Shown: piece by piece, positions 33,902-38,954 of the stretch
Layout of the letters: each line of letters begins with the position of its first letter
How positions within the stretch are numbered: position 1 is the stretch's first letter
Virus record (IMG/VR): IMGVR_UViG_3300031519_000071
Location: 1-38,954 of that record
Length of the DNA: 38,954 nucleotides
Direction: 5' to 3' (one strand)
Source of the DNA: a virus
Taxonomy: Duplodnaviria > Caudoviricetes
The notes under the pieces: generated by a model
Told to the model about the DNA's origin: nothing
What the model saw: only the letters and a program-made list of their open reading frames with translations
Database searches by the model: none
Made by a program: the position numbers and the translations under genes

Positions 33902-36142
33902 ATGGTACAAGCGTTATTTGCAAACAACGCCTTTAGCACACTCGCTAGTGGTATTTCCGACTCAGCAACAGCTATAACATTAGCCACTGACGATGGGGCG
34001 TTGTTTCCTAACCCATCTAGTGGCGATTATTTTTACGCTACATTAATTGACACTTCTAATAACCTAGAGATTGTTAAGTGTACTGCGCGGTCTACAGATG
34101 CGTTAACCGTCGTTCGCGGCGCAGAGAGCACAACTGCGAGAGCTTATTCTGCTGGAGACCGTATCGAGCTACGGCTAACTGCAGCTGGTATAACTGAGGC
34201 AGACGGGTATGTTTTCACCGCTGATGAAAGCTCAGACACTAGTTGTTTCCCTTTGTTTGTCACTGCAGCTACAGGATCACAGCTACCCAAAACTGGCACT
34301 AACTTAACGTTTGATTCTGCTAACGGTAAGCTAACGTCTACTAATTACGACGGTATTATCGGAGCCAACACCGCTGCTGCTGGGTCGTTCACAACAGTCA
34401 CAACAAGTGGTGTTGTATCTGTAGATGATACAACCGTTTCTTCTTCGGCAACCACTGGGTCTATCCATACAGATGGAGGCGTAGGAGTTGCTAAAGAGTT
34501 ATTTGTTGGGGGCACATCTAAATTAGTAGGCGTAACTACTCACGGTGGAAATGTAGTATCTGATACAGATAGCACCGATGATCTAGGAACAACTAGCGTT
34601 AGATGGAAAAAACTTTGGGTTGATGCTATCCAAACTACCGATAACGTCGATGTCTCTGGAAATTTAGTTGTCACAGGAAACTTAACGATTAACGGCACGA
34701 CAGTTACGAATGATGCCACAAATACAGAAATTAAAGACCCTCTTATAGAATTAAACTCAGGAGCAGGTTCTAATGCTAACGATCTTGGTTTGGTCATGGA
34801 GCGAGGCTCCACTGGAAACAATGCGTTTATGGGGTGGGACGAAAGCGCAGATAAGTTTGCGTTTGGCACGACTACGGCAACGGGTGCGTCAACTGGTAAC
34901 ATCACTTACGCAGACGCTCAAGTTCTAGCAGAGGGTGCAACATTCTCAGGCACGTCACCTGATCTTGGTACAGTCACTACAATAGACATTAACGGCGGTA
35001 CAATTGACGCCACAAACATTGGTGCATCTACCGCTGGAACTGGCGCGTTCTCTACTATCACCGCTGCAACCTCTCTCGCCCTAGCCACAGGTTCTACGGT
35101 TACAGGTATCCTCGACGAGGATGCGATGGGGACTAACAGCGCAACTCAACTTGCAACTCAACAGTCCATCAAAGCATACGTGGATAGCAACCTTACGGCG
35201 GCTGGTATCCAGATGACTTGGGAAACCGCAACAACGGATACGGACCAAGGTGTAGGAAAGGTCTTTGCTAATAACGCAACTCTTAGTTCTGCAACAGTTC
35301 TTTACTTTGATGATGTGGAAAGAAACGGCGTTAGCATAAATAGTTTTATTGATAGCCTTGATGATCCAACGGCAACAAACTCTGCCACAATCTATATATC
35401 AGAGGGCGGCACAGGTGGTGCTGGCGTAGTCTTCCAAGTGTCTGGTGCGGTTACTAGTGCATCAACTTATTCTAAAGTAGCCGTAACCCATGTAGCAACT
35501 TACGGCACACTTACAGATGGCGATTTAATAGGCGTAGTCATTGCCTTCTCAGGTAATAACGGGTCCATTAATAGCATAGTAGAAGACACATCTCCTCAGT
35601 TAGGCGGTGACCTCGATGCAAACGGACATCAGGTGCAGTGGTCTAAAGGTGCTGATGTAGCTAGCAACGGAGCGTTGGCAGTCGGCACAGACGGCAACTA
35701 CTTTGATGTTACAGGCACTACAACCATCACAAGCATCAACACTACTGGTGGAGCAGGTACGCTTATCAAACTTCACTTTGATGGAGCTTGTCAGCTTACA
35801 CATCACGCAAGTAATTTAATCCTAGCTGGTGCAGAGAACTTTACAACTGAAGCTGGTGACGAGCTTGAGTTTGTAGAATATGGTAGCGGCACTTATCGTC
35901 AGACAGGTTGGTGTTTGGCTGGAACTAAACCGGGCGGTGGCGGCGGTGGCAGCTTCCTTGGAGAAGGTGCATCTGGTGAAAGTGTTGGAACAAGCGGTGA
36001 CATCATCCGGGTTAACGAGGCTACTCTAAATACTTCACAGACAATGGCTGCAACAGACAACGGTTCAGCAACTGGTCCATTATCAATAGCTTCTGGGGTG
36101 ACGCTTACCATCTCCAGTGGCGCAACTTTTGTGGTGATATAA
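33902..36142 (+). CDS. Tail fibre protein (mosaic)
   Basis: Thr/Gly/Ser-rich; N-terminal EIVKCTAR...LTVVRG...RIELRLTA module; ATQQSIKAYVD and DTSPQLGGDLD fibre motifs; C-terminal GPLSIASGVTLTISSG. Confidence 0.8.
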   Translation: MVQALFANNAFSTLASGISDSATAITLATDDGALFPNPSSGDYFYATLIDTSNNLEIVKCTARSTDALTVVRGAESTTARAYSAGDRIELRLTAAGITEADGYVFTADESSDTSCFPLFVTAATGSQLPKTGTNLTFDSANGKLTSTNYDGIIGANTAAAGSFTTVTTSGVVSVDDTTVSSSATTGSIHTDGGVGVAKELFVGGTSKLVGVTTHGGNVVSDTDSTDDLGTTSVRWKKLWVDAIQTTDNVDVSGNLVVTGNLTINGTTVTNDATNTEIKDPLIELNSGAGSNANDLGLVMERGSTGNNAFMGWDESADKFAFGTTTATGASTGNITYADAQVLAEGATFSGTSPDLGTVTTIDINGGTIDATNIGASTAGTGAFSTITAATSLALATGSTVTGILDEDAMGTNSATQLATQQSIKAYVDSNLTAAGIQMTWETATTDTDQGVGKVFANNATLSSATVLYFDDVERNGVSINSFIDSLDDPTATNSATIYISEGGTGGAGVVFQVSGAVTSASTYSKVAVTHVATYGTLTDGDLIGVVIAFSGNNGSINSIVEDTSPQLGGDLDANGHQVQWSKGADVASNGALAVGTDGNYFDVTGTTTITSINTTGGAGTLIKLHFDGACQLTHHASNLILAGAENFTTEAGDELEFVEYGSGTYRQTGWCLAGTKPGGGGGGSFLGEGASGESVGTSGDIIRVNEATLNTSQTMAATDNGSATGPLSIASGVTLTISSGATFVVI

Positions 36143-36783
36143 TGAGTACGATTAAAGTTGATACATTAAATGAGAAGTCCACAAACGGTAACATAGCTGT
36201 CATCCCAACAGGTTCTGGCAAGCTAGTTCTTGATGGTTTGACTTGGCCCCATGCAGACGGCAGTGCAAATCAGCTACTCAAATCTAACGGAAGCGGAGTT
36301 CTCAGCTTCACAGATGCTCCTAGTGCTGGGTTTACACAGTCTGCCGTACAAGCAACAACTTCAGGCACTTCCGTCACGTTTGGTTCAATCCCCGCTGGCG
36401 TAAAAATGATTATTGTTACGTTTACTACTGTTAGTTTTTCAGGTTCCGCAAACATAAAAGTGCAAATTGGTGATGCGGGTGGAATTGAAACCAGCGGGTA
36501 TATTTCTAGTGCCATGCACATCTCCACTGATGTTCATGTTACTGATAGTTTTTTAATGTACAGCCAAGGTCAGGGAGCGAACGCAGCATCTGGCTCAATG
36601 ATTTGTACACTTCAAGATGCTGATAATTTTACGTGGGTTGAGTCAGTGTCGGGTGGATCAGATAACGGTAGCCACGGCTCTACTAGTGGCGGCGGCACTA
36701 AAAGTTTATCTTCCGAGCTTACTCAAGTCAAAGTCAGCGGTGGTACTTTTGACCTTGGAAAAATATCAGTAGTATATATGTAG
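36142..36783 (+). CDS. Tail fibre-associated protein
   Basis: MSTIKVD start and DGSANQLLKSNGSGVLSF fibre motif; TAATG overlap. Confidence 0.7.
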   Translation: MSTIKVDTLNEKSTNGNIAVIPTGSGKLVLDGLTWPHADGSANQLLKSNGSGVLSFTDAPSAGFTQSAVQATTSGTSVTFGSIPAGVKMIIVTFTTVSFSGSANIKVQIGDAGGIETSGYISSAMHISTDVHVTDSFLMYSQGQGANAASGSMICTLQDADNFTWVESVSGGSDNGSHGSTSGGGTKSLSSELTQVKVSGGTFDLGKISVVYM

Positions 36784-36793
36784 GAGATAGAAA

Positions 36794-37465
36794 TTGTCCA
36801 CAATTGTAACAGATGCAGTAACAGCTTTAAGTGGCAACTTAGCTCTCCTTCCAGAGGGTAGCGGGGTTGTAACTATAGATGGCTTGACCTATCCAGCGGC
36901 TGATGGATCGGCTAATCAGGCAATAGTCACAAATGGCTCTGGTGTTTTATCATTTGCAGACGCTGGCGGTGGAAAAATCTTGCAGGTGGTCACTGCTTTT
37001 GACGATGATTATGCTAGTCACAGTAACACGACCATCGATGCTCCTGTTGAAATTATTAGTGCTGCCATCACATGTGCGGCTACTAGCTCAAAAGTTTTAA
37101 TGTTTGGGCAATCGAGCGGCTCCACGACTGCCTCGAATTATCAAATGTTGGGGAGCATATTAAAACGAGGAAGTACTGTAATTGGAAGTGCTGACAACTC
37201 GTCATGGAATACAGGCGTTGGTGAAGCGCACAGTTTAATGAATGCGCAAAATTATTCGAAGACTGCTTCGTGGAGCTTTCACTTCCTTGATAGCCCTAGT
37301 TCAACTGCAGAATTGACATACAAGGTTTTTAACTTTGCCCACCATCACAACGGGACAGCGTCATCAAATCTAACTTTTATTAAAAACGGCGGTGGTTATA
37401 ATTACAACAATAAGGAGTCAATTCAGGGCGTCACCTCATTAACTCTTATGGAGATTGGAGCATGA
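36794..37465 (+). CDS. Tail fibre-associated protein (paralogous N-terminus, TTG start)
   Basis: TAGGAG RBS; DGSANQAIVTNGSGVLSF, GGKILQVV, FLDSPSST and TLMEI motifs. Confidence 0.7.
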   Translation: MSTIVTDAVTALSGNLALLPEGSGVVTIDGLTYPAADGSANQAIVTNGSGVLSFADAGGGKILQVVTAFDDDYASHSNTTIDAPVEIISAAITCAATSSKVLMFGQSSGSTTASNYQMLGSILKRGSTVIGSADNSSWNTGVGEAHSLMNAQNYSKTASWSFHFLDSPSSTAELTYKVFNFAHHHNGTASSNLTFIKNGGGYNYNNKESIQGVTSLTLMEIGA

Positions 37466-37824
37466 CTATTCTGGACACAACCGAAGCAATTCTTTCATTA
37501 CAAGATGGCGAGGTCTGGCGTTTTTCTGTCAAAGAGGATTGCACAGATGCAGAATCGTTTGCTGCAAATGTAGTCTGGGAAGGCGATGCGTTAACCAATT
37601 GGGCGGCTGTAAATGGCAAGATGGCAGACGCCAAAGCTCTGGTAGCTTTTCGAGATTTAAGAGCAATGCGGGATGAGTTAATAGCTGAGACAGATTGGTG
37701 GGCCACATCAGACCGCACAATGAGTTCTGCTGAGACAGCTTATAGAAAGGCTCTACGTGATCTGCCCAGTACGCTTGATAAAACAACAGTGTTAAACGAA
37801 ATAACTTGGCCTACCAAACCGTAG
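37462..37824 (+). CDS. Tail fibre assembly chaperone-like protein
   Basis: LRAMRDELIAETDW...YRKALRDLP...WPTKP. Confidence 0.8.
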   Translation: MTILDTTEAILSLQDGEVWRFSVKEDCTDAESFAANVVWEGDALTNWAAVNGKMADAKALVAFRDLRAMRDELIAETDWWATSDRTMSSAETAYRKALRDLPSTLDKTTVLNEITWPTKP

Positions 37825-37837
37825 TGAGGAGATTAAG

Positions 37838-38221
37838 ATGAGAGAATTTACAGCCGTAGTCTCCCACAGCAATGGAGCTATTACTAAGTACCAAGACTTC
37901 GATAGTAAAGCAGATGCTGATGCTCATGTCGCCACGTATGGTGGCAAGGTTGTCCAAGATTTAGACAATCAATTAGCTTACTGGAATGTGAGTGGTGACA
38001 CGCCATCTAAAGACACAGACCAACTAGCCGCTGATATTCTGGCTGATAAATGGGCCGCGATTAGAGCACAGCGTGACACGTTGATGGCTCAATCAGATTG
38101 GATGGCTATGCCTGACAGTCCCGCTATTTCAGATGCTTGGACTGCGTATCGAACTGCATTAAGAAATCTTCCAGCTAGTCAGGCTGATCCTGATGATATT
38201 GTTTGGCCGACTGCACCGTAA
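37838..38221 (+). CDS. Tail fibre assembly chaperone-like protein (second copy)
   Basis: IRAQRDTLMAQSDW...YRTALRNLP...WPTAP. Confidence 0.8.
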   Translation: MREFTAVVSHSNGAITKYQDFDSKADADAHVATYGGKVVQDLDNQLAYWNVSGDTPSKDTDQLAADILADKWAAIRAQRDTLMAQSDWMAMPDSPAISDAWTAYRTALRNLPASQADPDDIVWPTAP

Positions 38222-38232
38222 AGGATTAACAA

Positions 38233-38637
38233 ATGTCTGCATTAAAAACTGACACAATAACAACGATTACAGCCAATACCAATCTCACCCTAAATGGCAC
38301 AGGCACAGGCGGGATTAGAATTGGTACGGGCTTTGGTGCGTTTCAACAGACTGCTTATGATCTTGGAACAAATGCAAGTGGCACTGAAACATTGTCAGCG
38401 GTAAACGGGAACATACAATCTGGGATCAATGGTGGCGCACATACTCTCGCACCGCAAGCTCAACTGAGTACTATCGTAGTTCAGTACACCAACAACGCCT
38501 CTGCCGGAACGCTGACCACTTCTGGCTATACAAAAGTCACTGGCGATGATTTAACGACAACGAACGGACATGACTTTATGATGTACAGCACTGTGGTTGG
38601 CTCGTTTAAACACCTTAACGTGGTGGCTCTGCAATAA
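38233..38637 (+). CDS. Tail-associated protein (134 aa)
   Basis: MSALKTDTI start resembles the upstream fibre paralogues; Thr/Gly-rich. Confidence 0.7.
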   Translation: MSALKTDTITTITANTNLTLNGTGTGGIRIGTGFGAFQQTAYDLGTNASGTETLSAVNGNIQSGINGGAHTLAPQAQLSTIVVQYTNNASAGTLTTSGYTKVTGDDLTTTNGHDFMMYSTVVGSFKHLNVVALQ

Positions 38638-38954
38638 TGTTAATGCCAATGTACTCATCTTATAATAAAGTTACTCCCGTTACTTCGACTTGGATTTCTG
38701 GTGCTGTGAGAGATAATCTTTCTGAAAACCCCGCCACATTTTCCAGTCAAAATATTGGGACGGCATCGGCTGGTCGTAAGGTGGTCGTTGGTGTTTTTGT
38801 TAATCAAGCAGGTGGCATGGGTGCTTATGAAATTTCGGCTACACTTGGCGGCAGTGCGATGACACAACTGCTTCTTTTTAGAAATTCTGCTAACAATGCA
38901 ATGAGTATTGCTTTTTTTAGTTTAGACGTTTCGTCAGGTACGTCTGCGGATATT
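38637..38954 (+). CDS. Tail-associated protein, 3'-truncated (MLMPMYSSYNKV...)
   Basis: TAATG overlap; frame open to the window end. Confidence 0.65.
   Translation, partial: MLMPMYSSYNKVTPVTSTWISGAVRDNLSENPATFSSQNIGTASAGRKVVVGVFVNQAGGMGAYEISATLGGSAMTQLLLFRNSANNAMSIAFFSLDVSSGTSADI

Noticed and set aside
33902-38954. Diversity-generating retroelement acting on tail fibres
   Set aside because: No reverse transcriptase and no TR/VR near-identical pair seen; the paralogy is at protein level
1-38954. tRNA genes, integrase/att site, stop-codon reassignment
   Set aside because: No cloverleaf or recombinase motifs noticed; genes are intact and densely packed under the standard code

Overview
The window is about 39 kb of a tailed dsDNA bacteriophage genome with podovirus-like gene content: no tape-measure, tube or sheath genes are visible, and it has a giant ejection-type protein. 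Several protein motifs are typical of marine phages. Both ends cut through + strand late genes, so the window is an internal or circularly permuted slice. Layout: 3' part of a giant virion protein (+, <3-5525); a leftward early/replication arm (-, 24477 to 5522) with small early genes, a MoxR AAA+ ATPase, a DUF3150-like protein, an HExxH-vWA protein, an Nmad5-like protein, a SleB-type hydrolase, an Ntn/proteasome-beta-like protein, a DUF5664 dNTP pyrophosphatase, family A DNA polymerase, a Cas4-like exonuclease, VRR-NUC, an SNF2 helicase, an SSB-like protein, an HTH protein and an AEP primase-DUF927 helicase; an AT-rich control region (~23.2-24.9 kb); and a rightward packaging/head/tail arm (24917 to >38954). 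The most notable signals are non-coding. (1) A complete type II hammerhead ribozyme at 22346-22419 (-) sits inside a segment bounded by nested 21-nt and 17-nt direct repeats of an RBS and the MoxR gene start. (2) A candidate ~70-nt small RNA after terL has its own promoter and terminator and two anti-Shine-Dalgarno loops, one complementary to the CUAGGAG RBS of five leftward genes. (3) A long structured leader precedes the first early operon. All calls are by eye from motifs; no database searches were run.
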